Assembly (NCBI GenBank): GCA_012295275.1
Contig: CM022667.1
Span: 6,572,001 to 6,636,000 of the forward strand
From: Chrysomallon squamiferum
Taxonomy: Eukaryota > Animalia > Mollusca
Length of the DNA stretch: 64,000 nt
Reading direction: 5' to 3'
This document shows positions 28,141 to 47,547 of the stretch, piece by piece; the first letter of the stretch is position 1; each line of letters starts with the position of its first letter. A model generated the notes under the pieces. That model was not told where the DNA came from, made no database searches, and saw only the letters and a program-made list of their open reading frames with translations. Both the position numbers and the translations under genes were made by a program.

Positions 28141-28947
28141 TATGTATGTTGAGTATATTTGTGTGTCTGAATATTTGTTTGTTGTTGTTGTTGTTTATTA
28201 ATTAATTAATATGTATATTGATGTTGTATGTTTGTTTGTTTCTGTTTGGTGTATTTTTGTTTGTTTGTTTACATCTATCTCACCGTTGCACATGGCGCTG
28301 GCTACAGCATGCTGTATGCTCTGCAGATTGTCAAACGACGTCGTGCTGAAGACGTGGTCACTGTCGGGGTCGGTGGCCATTTCGTTCAGTTCGCTGAGGT
28401 TTATGTTGCCGCCGATGCCGACTGCAAACACCACAACGCCAGCGACTCTTGCAGCCTGCGCTTCGTGTGCCGTGCTGCTGATGTCGTTTGACTGCCCGTC
28501 GGTGATGACGATTCCAATCTTTGTGGCTTTGTCGCGTGCGCCGGCGTCGCTGCTGAAACTTTTGTTCACCATGAACATCAGCGCGGCTGCCGTGTTTGTC
28601 GAGCCCGAGCCGTAGTTGACAGCATGAACCGCCGCCTCCACGTCGCCGGACGTCGTGTACTGACTGAGGTTGAAGTGACTGTGCGGCGCGCTGGAAAACG
28701 TCACCAGTGACACCTGGGTGTGGCTCGGGCCAATGGTAAAAGAGGTGGAAATATTCTTCACAAAGTTTTTCGAAATATCGAAGTTCGCCTCTTGCACGCT
28801 GGAAGATTCGTCCAGAAGAAAAACGATGTCGGTTTTGCCACAGTCTGAAACGTCAACAGCGAAAATGTTACACCATTTCATACACAGCAACAACTGCAGC
28901 AATTACAATTACAACGACAATAAGTGAAACAAAAATATAACAACAAC

Positions 28948-29017
<70 letters not shown>

Positions 29018-32000
29018 TTTGATGTGTATATTGGCTTCAGAATAACATAAAAATATAGTAATTAAGGACTCACTCACTAAGTCCTAACTGCAGTCCTTAA
29101 TTTCAAACAAAGTTGTTCTGATGTACACTTGGCGAAATTTTTCATTCTCAGATAAATTCTACTATATCATACAGTATATAGTATAATATCATATAATATG
29201 GAAGGACAGAAGAGTATATTGGAAAGTAGAGCATTTACAGAACAATGCTTATCTTTTGTGCGTGAAGTTTACTAACTGACAAATAATACTCATATTTATT
29301 TAACAAGTTGCTTACTCAGTGTCGACGATGACGCTGTGGTAGTCGCTGTTGACGAAGGCGTTGTCGGAACAGTGGTTGTTGTAGATGTTTTCGGAACAGT
29401 GGTCGTTGCAGACTTTGTTGACGTAGTGGATATGAGTAAAGGCGATGTCAGTGTTGATGTCGCTGGTGTTGTTGAAGTTGCTGATGTGATTCGGATACAA
29501 CATTTCTTCTTCGGATTCATGCAGAAGACGTTTCTGTTGTAGTCAGCTTCACTGAGACTGGACTCACATTTATATCTACACACCCCACCGTACCACGTAC
29601 AGTCTGAAAATAAACTGTGTTTACTTCTGTGTGTGTATATTTACCACGTACAGTCTGAAAGTAAACTGTGTTTACTTCTGTGTGTGTATATTTACCACGT
29701 ACAGTCTGAAAGTAAACTGTGTTTACTTCTGTGTGTGTATATTTACCACGTACAGTCTGAAAGTAAACTGTGTTTACTTCTGTGTGTGTATATTTACCAC
29801 GTACAGTCTGAAAATAAACTGTGTTTACTTCTGTGTGTGTATATTTACCACGTACAGTCTGAAAGTAAACTGTGTTTACTCCTGTGTGTGTATATTTACC
29901 ACGTACAGTCTGCAGTTAAACTGTGTTTACTCCTGTGTGTGTATATTTACCACGTACAGTCTGCAGTTAAACTGTGTTTACTCCTGTGTGTGTATATTTA
30001 CCACGTACAGTCTGAAAGTAAACTGTGTTTACTCCTGTGTGTGTATATTTACCACGTACAGTCTGAAAGTAAACTCTTTACTTCTGTGTGTGTATATTTA
30101 CCACGTACAGTCTGAAAGTAAACTCTTTATTTCTGTGTGTGTATATTTACCACGTACAATCTGAAAGTAAACTGTGTTTACTTCTGTGTGTGTATATTTA
30201 CCACGTACAGTCTGAAAGTAAACTGTGTTTACTTCTGTGTGTGTATATTTACCACGTACAGTCTGAAAGTAAACTGTGTTTACTTCTGTGTGTGTATATT
30301 TACCACGTACAGTCTGAAAGTAAACTCTTTATTTCTGTGTGTGTATATTTACCACGTACAGTCTGAAAGTAAACTGTGTTTACTTCTGTGTGTGTATATT
30401 TACCACGTACAGTCTGAAAGTAAACTGTGTTTACTTCTGTGTGTGTATATTTACCACGTACAGTCTGAAAGTAAACTGTGTTTATTTCTGTGTGTGTATA
30501 TTTACCACGTACAGTCTGAAAGTAAACTGTGTTTACCACGTACAGTCTGAAAGTAAACTCTTTATTTCTGTGTGTGTATATTTACCACGTACAGTCTGAA
30601 AGTAAACTGTCTTTACTTCTGTGTGTGTATATTTACCACGTACAGTCTGCAGTTAAACTGTGTTTACCACGTACAGTCTGAAAGTAAACTGTGTTTATTT
30701 CTGTGTGTGTATATTTACCACGTACAGTCTGAAAGTAAACTGTGTTTACCACGTACAGTCTGAAAGTAAACTCTTTATTTCTGTGTGTGTATATTTACCA
30801 CGTACAGTCTGAAAGTAAACTGTGTTTACTTCTGTGTGTGTATATTTACCACGTACAGTCTGAAAGTAAACTGTGTTTACTTCTGTGTGTGTATATTTAC
30901 CACGTACAGTCTGCAGTTAAACTGTGTTTACTTCTGTGTGTGTATATTTACCACGTACAGTCTGCAGTTAAACTGTGTTTACTTCTGTGTGTGTATATTT
31001 ACCACGTACAGTCTGAAAGTAAACTGTGTTTACTCCTGTGTGTGTATATTTACCACGTACAGTCTGAAAGTAAACTGACTTTACTTCTGTGTGTGTATAT
31101 TTACCACGTACAGTCTGAAAGTAAACTGTGTTTACTTCTGTGTGTGTATATTTACCACGTACAGTCTGAAAGTAAACTGTGTTTACTTCTGTGTGTGTAT
31201 ATTTACCACGTACAGTCTGAAAGTAAACTGTGTTTACTTCTGTGTGTGTATATTTACCACGTACAGTCTGAAAGTAAACTCTTTACTTCTGTGTGTATAT
31301 TTACCACGTACAGTCTGAAAGTAAACTGTGTTTACTCCTGTGTGTGTATGTATATATATATTTTTATGATTTTGAATATTCTCTATTATACGTAGTCAGA
31401 TTAGACTCTACACAGACAATATTCGGGAATTTACTGACACAGGAAGACAAAGTCCAATCACGACCTCACAAACCCGTCATATTACACAGACGAGACTCGA
31501 ACCCATTCGCCCGCACTCCGAAGGAACGATTTTACCGTTCGGCCACCAAGACTCTCTTTAAAAAGTCGCTCAGTAACCGAAGTAATCATCGCTTCCCACG
31601 AACCACGCCACGTTTACATCTCTACACACAACTGTACCACGTCCAGTCTGCGACTATGTGTGTCTGCGTGCGTGTGTGCATTCACGTGTATGTTGTCTCT
31701 CTGTTTATTTGAATGTCTGTCAGTCTGTGTATCCATCTTTCTAACTATTCGTCTATTCATCTGTCTTCATAATCATAGAAGTCATGTTGACAAGTGTGCC
31801 TATCCAAATACAGATAGGAGTCTAATATATCTAAGTGATACAGTGTACATAAAATTAAAGAAGAAAAGTAAAAAGACTTACGTAATTTCTGTGTACAGCA
31901 GATTCCTTTGAGTCCACTAGCGCACGCCGCGGGTCCCAGGTTGTACTCCGCCCTGCCACACCTTGATTTACAACGTCCGTGATACTGAGACCAGCAGACT

Positions 32001-32203
32001 GTAATAACAGTGTTACTTTTATTTTTATTTATTTATTTATTTATTATAATTATAATTATTATTATTATGATTATTATTATTATTATTATTATCATATACT
32101 TACTGTTGTAATACAGATGCACGACAGGTTGTAACTGAGAAATCACACAGACAAAACACACAAGTAAAACTGTGAGCAGAAACAAGTCTTTAATATCAGC
32201 CAT
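27640..32203 (-). CDS. Gene E: secreted protein with two defensin-like modules + Thr-rich stalk + VWA, no protease domain
   Basis: Exons 32104-32203 (signal), 31882-31998 (CWSQYHGRCKSRCGRAEY...CASGLKGICC), 29316-29603 (CTWYGGVCRYKC...VFCMNPKKKCC + Thr-rich), 28284-28844 (VWA, DESSS/TNT/TDG) and probable terminal exon 27640-27662 (ASLSRAP*), followed by AATAAA near 27545-27560. Confidence 0.8.
28284..28844 (-). CDS. Single-exon VWA domain of gene E
   Basis: CGKTDIVFLLDESSSV...GSTNT...IVITDGQS...MATDPDSDHVF...AMCN; clearly close to the gene C VWA. Confidence 0.92.
29590..31350. repeat. 51-bp minisatellite (about 35 copies) derived from the gene E exon-3 acceptor
   Basis: Unit ttaccacgtacagtctgaaagtaaactgtgtttacttctgtgtgtgtatat; the first copy overlaps the true exon start at 29603. 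Confidence 0.92.
31385..31555 (-). mobile_element. tRNA-derived SINE-like element or degenerate tRNA head
   Basis: The minus strand reads GGTGGCCGAACGGTAAAATCGTTCCTTCGGAGTGCGGGCGAATGGGTTCGAGTC: a Pol III A box (TGGCCGAACGG), a CTTCGGA loop like tRNA-Arg(TCG) and a B box (GGTTCGAGTC). The stems do not pair well. The 3' extent is uncertain. Confidence 0.5.
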
Positions 32204-33140
32204 GTCAGTCTTTCTTTTTCTTTCTTTTTTTTCTTTTCTATTTATATAACCTTTTTTTTCTTTTTTTTTCTTTTTTTTTTTTTTTTTTTCAAATTCTCTT
32301 CTTTTTATTCCTTTTCCAAAAGCGCTGAAATAATAAATATGCCAAAAAAAAAAAAAAAAAAAAAAAAAAAAGTGACAAAAAAGAAAAAAGAAAAAAAAAT
32401 GTCGAGAATGTCGCAACGTACAAACTGATTGCACTTTTTTCTTTTTTCTGTCTTCTTGTTTTTGTGTCCTTCTCCCCCCCCCCCCCGTGTAACTAATTTT
32501 CCGGCATTTTTACTTCGTAGGCTCATTGGCTTGTTTTTTTACAAATCACGTAACAAATGTTCATTGAGTGAACGTTGTTTTCTTGTTCAAATATCTCTCC
32601 TCAGTCTTCTGTGTACGTTTCTTTTTTCTTTTTTTTTTTAAACGTTTATTTTTCAAATAACTCGACTTTCTCTTTTAAAAAATAAATCTTTATTTTGTGG
32701 TAGTTTGTACACATCTACGCCTTTCTTTAAATTAGCCTAATTTAACAGATTACCAGTGCATCTATTAGTTATTTGTTTATCTTCCGTCTCTCTATCGAAC
32801 CAAATCTGGAAAAATCACAAATTTTGAACTAACCGCCATTTCCCAGTGGAAACCTGACCTCTGCTACCAGTGTACGTCTCTCAACTCTCTTTCCAACAAG
32901 TAAGAGTACATTTTACAACCGTCCTAACAAACTTCACTTAAACTAGCCTACACTAGCCTTTGTTATATTCGTTTACCTCGTTTTCATGTCTTCATACTGT
33001 TCTTACATTATCGTAATAATACTATATTACGTAGCTGGTATGTGTACTAAAGTTTAATGTTTAGGTAAATTGTAGGGTTAATGTTTACATTGGCGACGTT
33101 TGCTTGTGTGTGTGTGTGTGTGTGTTTGTGTGTGTGTTTG

Positions 33141-33189
<49 letters not shown>

Positions 33190-33418
33190 TGTGTGTGTCT
33201 TTGTGTGTGTTTGTGTGTGTGTGTGTGTGTGTTGTTCTTCTTCTTTGTTTTGTTTTTGGCATATCGGCTAACTCGTTTTTATATTAATAAATACACAGAA
33301 AGAAAGAAAGAAAAATCCAGATATGACGTAAACAATTGTATGACATTTGTAGCAAACCTCTTCTTCTTCTTCTTCTTCTTATGATTATCATTATGAGTAC
33401 TGTTATTATTATTATTAT

Positions 33419-33505
<87 letters not shown>

Positions 33506-33784
33506 GAGTAGTAGTAAAAGCAGCAATAATAGAATGTAAGTGTGTGTATTTAAATAAAAAGCAATGTTTTCTAAATGAAATGTTGAACGTGAATAACTTT
33601 ATACGTAAATAGTACGTATATATACGTATATAAACTGATACTATACTATGCAATAACAAGCACAAAATACACAGTAAGCAAAACAAGATCAAATACAACA
33701 AGATAGCTTTGATTTTTATTAAAATCTAGAATATGTTTTTCTACTCATTAAAATGTTTTAAATAACTTGTGTAATTTACAATAT

Positions 33785-34558
33785 TACATATTTTGTGTCA
33801 TCTTGTTTACAAAACTTTATTACGTTACACAGTTACATATTTTACATATTTTGTGTCATCTTGTTTACAAAACTTTATTACGTTACACAGTTACATATTT
33901 TACATATTTTGTGTCATCTTGTTTACAAAACTTTATTACGTTACACAGTTACATATTTTACATATTTTGTGTCATCTTGTTTACAAAACTTTATTACGTT
34001 ACACAGTTACATATTTTACATATTTTGTGTCATCTTGTTTACTTTATTACGTTACACAGTTGCATATTTTACATATTTTGTGTCATCTTGTTTACTTATT
34101 ACGTTACACAGTTACATATTTTACATATTTTGTGTCATCTTGTTTACAAAACTTTATTACGTTACACAGTTACATATTTTACATATTTTGTGTCATCTTG
34201 TTTACAAAACTTTATTACGTTACACAGTTACATATTTTACATATTTTGTGTCATCTTGTTTACAAAACTTTATTACGTTACACAGTTACATATTTTACAT
34301 ATTTTGTGTCATCTTGTTTACTTTATTACGTTACACAGTTGCATATTTTACATATTTTGTGTCATCTTGTTTACTTATTACGTTACACAGTTACATATTT
34401 TACATATTTTGTGTCATCTTGTTTACTTTATTACGTTACACAGTTACATATTTTACATATTTTGTGTCATCTTGTTTACTTTATTACGTTACACAGTTAC
34501 ATATTTTACACATTTTGTGTCATCTTGTTTACTTTATTACGTTACACAGTTACATATT

Positions 34559-34575
<17 letters not shown>
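33785..34575. repeat. About 43-48-bp tandem repeat of the gene F stop codon + AATAAA region
   Basis: Minus-strand unit ACACAAAATATGTAAaatatgtaactgtgtaacgtAATAAAg...aaacaagatg; roughly 17 copies. Confidence 0.9.
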
Positions 34576-39858
<5,283 letters not shown>

Positions 39859-39949
39859 TTCCCACTGACACAAATCTTCACAAATCTTCACTAACTTCAC
39901 TAACTTCACTAACTTCACTAACTTCACTAACACGTCGCAGTCTGCTGCA

Positions 39950-39957
39950 TTTTTATA
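39950..39957 (-). promoter_or_regulatory. Putative TATA box of gene F
   Basis: TATAAAAA on the minus strand about 95 bp upstream of the ATG at 39858, the same spacing as in gene B. Confidence 0.5.
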
Positions 39958-40450
39958 CCACTGCGTATCTCCGCGCCCACACTTCTCAGCACAAAACAAT
40001 TGTTTATTTGTTTTCTTTCTCTTTTCTTAGTTCATTTTTTCTCTTTTTTCTCTTGTTGTTGTTGCTTGTTGAGTAATCCATCATTAATTTTACAATAATG
40101 TATTTCGTTTTAAAACTGTTTATTGCGTTTTCATTCCTTCTGTGTTTTGTTAACTTATTTTCTATTTATCTGTGGGGTTTTTTATCTGTTATCACGTAAT
40201 CGGCGGTCAGAAAGTTTTATTTTTTATGTTTGTTTTGTTCGTTTCGTTTATTTGTTTCTGTTACTTTTGTTTCGTCACTTTGTCAATAATCAAATATGCT
40301 TTGTCAGACTGTACGTGTGTCTGTGTGTGTCTTTATTTCTCTGTGAACGTTCGTAACACATCGTTAATTCTTATCATATCCTGTTCACTTGTTTCCTTTA
40401 TTTTATTTTGTTTTGTTTTATTTTATTTTATTAGTATTTTTTTTAACTAT

Positions 40451-40501
<51 letters not shown>

Positions 40502-41334
40502 TTTGATTCTTTGTTTCTTTGTTTGACTGATTATTTATTGTTTTAATCTGTATCGTTTACTTGTGTGACAGATTGTTCGTGTGTCATTATAATCATCATC
40601 CAGATCTTTGTTATTATCGCTGTTTTTTTCACACACTGAGAAGCAGCTTTCTGTGTAACTAAAATATTGTTTATGTCAACTGAATTCAACACGAACTGTA
40701 ACTAAACAAACACCACTTCATGTTAGTACACATTACCTCATACCACGTGTTTTCTCACTGACTTCTTAAAACTCTCTCATTCTCTCTCTCTGTATATCTA
40801 TTCTTCTATCTGTTTATCTCTCCCTCTCTCGCTCTCTCTCTCTCTCTCTATCTGCCTACCTGCTTATCTATTTTTCTCTCTCTTTATGTCGCTGTGTATC
40901 TTTCATTCTCTCACTTTCTCTCATTCTTTCCCTATTTGTGTGTCAGTCTATCTATTTATCCAGGTTCTGTTTAGCTATATTAAATATTATTTTTGTGGTA
41001 AATAACAGATTATGTTACATCGAATAAGAAATATTTGGTTAATAATTATGCAAACTAAAATAATAAATTTCAAAGATTTATTCAAACTCACTTGTAATAA
41101 TAATACAATAAAAACAACAACAACAATAATAATAACAATAATTACACTAATAACAGTGATAACAATATTACTAGTAATTATAACATAATCTACTGAATTT
41201 GCATTTTATGTCTACACACTCTGCAATGACTTCAACAATTACAAGCTCATATTGCATGTTGTCGTTGTTGTTGTTGTTGTTGTTGTTGACGTGTTTCGTA
41301 CATACTTACAGAGTGTAATCTTATTCTGTTACAC

Positions 41335-41660
41335 TTTTACAAAACTTTATTACGTTACACAGTTACATATTTTACATATTTTGTGTCATCTTGTTTACAA
41401 AACGTTATTACGTTACAGTTACATATTTTACACATTTTGTGTCATCTTGTTTACAAAACTTTATTGCGTTACACAGTTACATATTTTACACATTTTGTGT
41501 CATCTTGTTTACTTTATTACGTTACACAGTTACATATTTTACATATTTTGTGTCATCTTGTTTACTTTATTGCGTTACACAGTTATATATTTTACATATT
41601 TTGTGTCATCTTGTTTGCTTTATTACGTTACACAGTTACATAGTTTACATATTTTGTGTA
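41335..41660. repeat. Gene G copy of the stop + AATAAA tandem repeat (about 7 units)
   Basis: Same unit as 33785-34575. Confidence 0.88.
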
Positions 41661-43560
41661 ATCCAGCTGACGTGTGACGCGACGTTTGTGTAAATTGTTG
41701 GCGTGTTTCTCCGAACGTTTCCGTCACAGCTGGGGTCGAACGTGTCAATAAGTCCCATCAGAACGAGTCGTGACTGACCTTGAACCCATTCTGGACAAAC
41801 CATCATACCACCAGTGTCTCCCTGTAATACACAGTAGTTAGAAGTTGTATTATCATCATCATCATCATCATCTTGTATTAATATTATTACCATTATCGTC
41901 ATCATCATCATTATCATTTTTTTTTTTTTTTTTTATTTAGTTTTCTTTTTCTTTTTTCTTATGTGGAGAAGCGGAAGTAGAATTAGTTGCGAGTAACCTC
42001 ATCTTGCGCTGCTACGTGTTTTGTACGTACAGCTGTCTGTGCTGTGTGTGTCTGGGTGTTTGCAGACGTTCGTGTAAGTGTGTGTACGTGTTGGACACAT
42101 ACAGAGATATGTGTTTAAAAACTCATAAAACGCGACAGACACTTTGGACAGACATACTAAGGGACGCACACACGAAGGACACACAGACACACGAAGGGAC
42201 AGACAGACACAGGAAGGGACACACAGACACAGGAAGGGACACACAGACACATGAAGTGACAGAGAGACACATGAAAGGACACACAGACACACGAAGCGAC
42301 ACACAGACACAGGAAGTGACACACAGACACATGAAGGGACAGACAGACACACGAAGGGACACACAGACACATGAAGGGACACACAGACACATGAAGGGAC
42401 ACACAGTCACACGAAGGGACACACAGACAGATATTTGTTTAAAAACTCATAAAACGCGACAGACACTTTGGACAGACATACTAAGGGACGCACACACGAA
42501 GGACACACAGACACACGAAGGGACACACAGACACAGGAAGGGACACACAGACACATGAAGGACACACAGACACATGAAGTGACACACAGACACATGAAGG
42601 GACACAGATACACACTAAGGGAGACAGAGACACATAAAGGGACACACAGTCACACGAAGGGACACACAGACACATGAAGGGACAGACAGACAGATATTTG
42701 TTTAAAAACTCACAAAACACGCGTCAGCGTTGTCTGTAGAAGGCAAAGAACACAACTTGTCCCGTCCAACCGTTGTCCCCTGACTGCTTGCTATGACGTC
42801 ATTACACTCTGCCACGCCCACTGCACGGACACTGACTGCTTGCAGCTGACCAGTTCTGAAAGAGTTATCTGAAACAGATACAAGCTCTGCTGTTAGTTCT
42901 GAAAGAGTTATCTGAAACAGATACAAGCTCTGCTGTTAGTTTTGAAAGAGTTATCTGAAACAGATACAAGCTCTGATGTTAGTTTTGAAAGAGTTATCTG
43001 AAACAGATACAAGCTCTGCTGTTAGTTTTGAAAGAGTTATCTGAAACAGATGCTAGCTCTGCTGTTAGTTTTGAAAGAGTTATCTGAAACAGATACAAGC
43101 AACGATCAGACTGATGATTTTTTATTTTTGTTCATAATAGGAATTAAACTGCAGGTGTTTTACTGTTAGCTCAAAGTCAAAACAACACGAACATTTTGTT
43201 TTGCACACAGAGTTATGATTAGTGTGTTTAACAACATACAGTGGGTTCAGTTTCTCCATGTCTCGCACTCTGTTTTTACTTTAAATTTCTTATTACCGTT
43301 AGTCTGTCCCCAGCCAGCAATGAAACATCTGTCGTAGGTGCTGGGTTCAAATCCAGACCTGGGTAGACAAGCGGGTTGAACACACGTCTCCTGTAGTCTG
43401 ACGTCACGTGACAGTTTCAGAACGGCGATGTTGTTCTCTGCGAAAATCAGTGAAAATCTAATTACAGCGCATACTAACATTCTGTTTATAACAACACAGG
43501 TGACATCTACATGTGAAGTATCTATCTATCTGTCTGTCTGTCTATATATCTATCTATCTA

Positions 43561-43599
<39 letters not shown>

Positions 43600-44437
43600 G
43601 TCTGTCTGTCTGTCTATATATATATATGACTGCATCAGTTTATATGGGTTATGAACTGTATATTATAAATGTATATTTTCGTATAAAACACGTACAGAAA
43701 GACAGACGTACAACTGAAACGAAACACGTACCAGATCTGGGCACGTTTCTGTTATAACGTGGATGTATGAGAATTCTTGACACTCTAGCGTCGGCTTCGT
43801 AGACGTCGTTTGTATTGATGTTGTAGTCGCCTACAGTCAGTCTTAGATCTCCCGGCGTCCTCTCCATACTGAGTAGCACAACGTATTAACAACGTATTCA
43901 CAACGTATTAACAACGTATTAACAACGTATTAACAACGTATTAACAACGTATTAACAACGTATTAACAACGTATTAACAACGTATTAACAACGTATTAAC
44001 AACGTATTAACAACGTATTAACAACGTATTAACAACGTATTAACAACGTATTAACAACGTATTAACAACGTATTAAATAAACACATACAACACACTGAGT
44101 ATCCCAACGTATTAACTATACAATACAACACACTGAATGGCACAATGCATCAATGTTATTAAATATACAAACATTATCTATTAATATTACTAATCGTAAT
44201 CTACAAAGTGACCAGTATTATAGTATATATTAATATCTCTAAATATAGAATGTAAAATATATGTGTATAAATATTATTAAATATATACTATAACACATAT
44301 TGTGTATGTATTAAAGATGTACTAAACAAATAACAAAAATTGTCTATGCATTAACATCACGAACTATATACTGAAATATCACAACACATTAATATAATCG
44401 ACTGTATATGAAATATAATTTTACTAGCATGTATTAT

Positions 44438-44508
<71 letters not shown>

Positions 44509-45836
44509 ATATGTATGTCTGCATTAGTTTATATATATATATGGATGTATGCGTGTGCGTGTGCGTGTATTACTCTGCATCTGTGTAATTATGTGTAATT
44601 GTATTATTAGTACTTAATTACAAGATAAGTATAACATGTTTGAAGATATTAATCTTTAATTACAAGATAAGTATAACATGTTTGAAGATATTAATCTTTA
44701 ATTACAAGATAAGTATAACATGTTTTAAGATATTAATCTTTAATTATAAGATAAGTATAACATGTTTTAAGATATTAATCTTTAATTACAAGATAAGTAT
44801 AACATGTTTGAAGATATTAATCTTTAATTACAAGATAAGTATAACATGTTTGAAGATATTAATCTTTAATTACAAGATAAGTATAACATGTTTGAAGATA
44901 TTAATCTTTAAATACAAGATAAGTATAAGATGTTTGAAGATATTAATCTTTAATTACAAGATAAGTATAACATGTTTGAAGATATTAATCTTTAATTACA
45001 AGATAAGTATAACATGTCTGAAGATATTAATCTTTAATTACAAGATAAGTATAAGATGTTTTAAGGTATTAATCTTTAATTACAAGATGAGTATAACATG
45101 TTTGAAGATATTAATCTTTAATTACAAGATAAGTATAAGATGTTTTAAGGTATTAATCTTTAATTACAAGATGAGTATAAGATGTTTGAAGATATTAATC
45201 TTTAATTACAAGATAAGTATAAGATGTTTTAAGGTATTAATCTTTAATTACAAGATGAGTATAAGATGTTTGAAGATATTAATCTTTAATTACAAGATAA
45301 GTATAACATGTTTTAAGATATTAATCTTTAATTATAAGATAAGTATAACATGTTTTAAGATATTAATCTTTAATTATAAGATAAGTATAACATGTTTTAA
45401 GATATTAATCTTTAATTACAAGATAAGTATAACATGTTTTAAGATATTAATCTTTAATTACAAGATAAGTATAACATGTTTTAAGATATTAATCTTTAAT
45501 TACAAGATAAGTATAACATGTTTTAAGATATTAATCTTTAATTATAAGATGTTTTAAGACAATTACATGACGATAAGACACATTTCTCGAAAGACAAAAC
45601 AAACGAAACAAACTGTACTCACGGACTGGCGCACTGCGCTGTGGTCAGCACGGTGTCTCTGTTAATGAGGACACCTGAACAAAGCAGACGGTTGTTGAGG
45701 CGAATCGACACCATCCACGGCCACTCACAGGGCAGGGCGACGTAGCCGTTGGAGATTCTGGGAGACGGGCGACGTCGTCCACAAGCTAAGAAACAAAAAC
45801 AAAACAAAAAAAGAATCATCTGAGGAGAAAACTGAC

Positions 45837-45868
<32 letters not shown>

Positions 45869-46411
45869 ATAGTAGTAGTACTAGTAGTAGTAGTAGTAGT
45901 ACGAGTAGTAGTAGTGGTAGTAATAACAGTAGTAGTAGTAGCAATACAAGTAGTAGTAGTAGTAGTAGTAGTAGTAATAGTAGCATTACAAGTAGTAGTA
46001 GTAGAAGTAGTAGTAGTGGTAGTAATAACAGTAGTAGAAGTAGCAATACAAGTAGTAGTAGTAGTAGTAGTAGTTATAGTAGTAGTAGTAGTAGTAGTAA
46101 TAACTGTAGTAGTATTGGTATTGGGTGCAGTGATAGTTTTAAATTTTTTTGTTAATCACATTCCAGACACCGTACATTTCAGTTTAGACAAACAAACATC
46201 AGTCTTTTTATATTTCTTACTCTGTGGCTCGTTTCTCAGTTGATTTGTCGTGGAAGCTGTCGCTGACGTTGTCGTAGGTACCCGTATACAGCATCGTTGC
46301 CCTTGAAACATGCAGAAAACCTTCGTCGTATATTCGTCTTCGTTGAGAGTCGCGTTACATTCCGACTTGCACACACCGCCGTACCACGAACAGTCTGCAG
46401 TACGTTTAGTT

Positions 46412-46443
<32 letters not shown>

Positions 46444-46463
46444 TATCAGTATCATTGCTGTCA

Positions 46464-46509
<46 letters not shown>

Positions 46510-46795
46510 GATCGTCGTTGTCATTGCTGTCGACATAATTATTTTGTAAACCGATTTGCAGTAGTAAAAAATAAGCAAATGTATATTTGAATTTAATTGT
46601 TACCTGGCAAAAAATTAAATTCAATTGTAAAAGAAAAAAACAAAACACAAAAATAACAGAAGTGAATGAATGAAAGAATAAATGAAAAAATAAATGAAAG
46701 AATGAAAGAATGGCTGAAGGAAATGAAACTAAATAAAAGTAAATAAAAGTAAATTAATAATTTAATATATAAATAAATATATAAAAGTAAATTAA

Positions 46796-46826
<31 letters not shown>

Positions 46827-47126
46827 ACAGATCAGAGTAACTGAACACTTACGTATTCTCGGTGCACAGCACTTTCCCAGCAGGCCGCTGGCGCACGGAA
46901 GTCTTCCAAAACTGTACTCTCCTCCCCGACACTGCGCTCTGCAGTACCCGAAATACTGAGACGAGCACGCTGGAACACACTCGTTTTGTTTGTATTTACT
47001 TACTTGCATATTTACTTATTTACTTACTTGTTTAAACGTCTGTTCTTTTAAAATTATCTTTTGAATGCGAATACAAATGTTTTAAAACGTAATGAAACTA
47101 ATGCTAACTATATAATAATAATTTTT

Positions 47127-47167
<41 letters not shown>

Positions 47168-47547
47168 TTTATTTATATTACTAAATATTGTATTACTTTA
47201 CCATTCATTTACAGAAAATTGCATTTATTTATATATTTGTTTGTTTATTTGTTTGTTTGTTTATTTATTTATTTATTTATTCATTTATTTACAGATTTAT
47301 TTATTTATTTATTTACTTATTTACTTATTTATTTAACTGATTGATTGTTTGTTTATTATTCCTAAATAAATACATTCTTAAATAAATAATAAAAAAAAAA
47401 TCTCTGTCTATGAAACTCTGTATAGGTATGTGTGATGTCTGTGTACTCACTGTTGTAAAACACGTTGACTGGAGTGAACTGAGAGCAGACGACACAGAAA
47501 CTGAGGAGTGAAGCTGTCACAAACAAAGTTTTTTCAGCTGCAGCCAT
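41645..47547 (-). CDS. Gene G: tandem paralog of F; two defensin-like modules + non-catalytic protease domain (Q/N/T)
   Basis: Exons 47451-47547 (signal), 46853-46969 ([18 protein letters not shown]...GKCC), 46221-46394 (CSWYGGVC...QRCC), 45623-45785, 43732-43868, 43297-43437, 42714-42868 and 41645-41821 (GDTGG). Confidence 0.88.
44615..45555. repeat. 42-bp AT-rich intronic minisatellite, about 22 copies
   Basis: taattacaagataagtataacatgtttgaagatattaatctt. Confidence 0.92.

Noticed and set aside
29631-31395. Long plus-strand ORFs (CIFTTYSLKVNCVYF repeats) and CRISPR-like periodicity
   Set aside because: Pure 51-bp tandem repeat with no unique spacers and no cas genes, lying in an intron of a minus-strand gene.
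44640-45557. 305-aa [16 protein letters not shown] repeated
   Set aside because: 42-bp intronic minisatellite, antisense to gene G.
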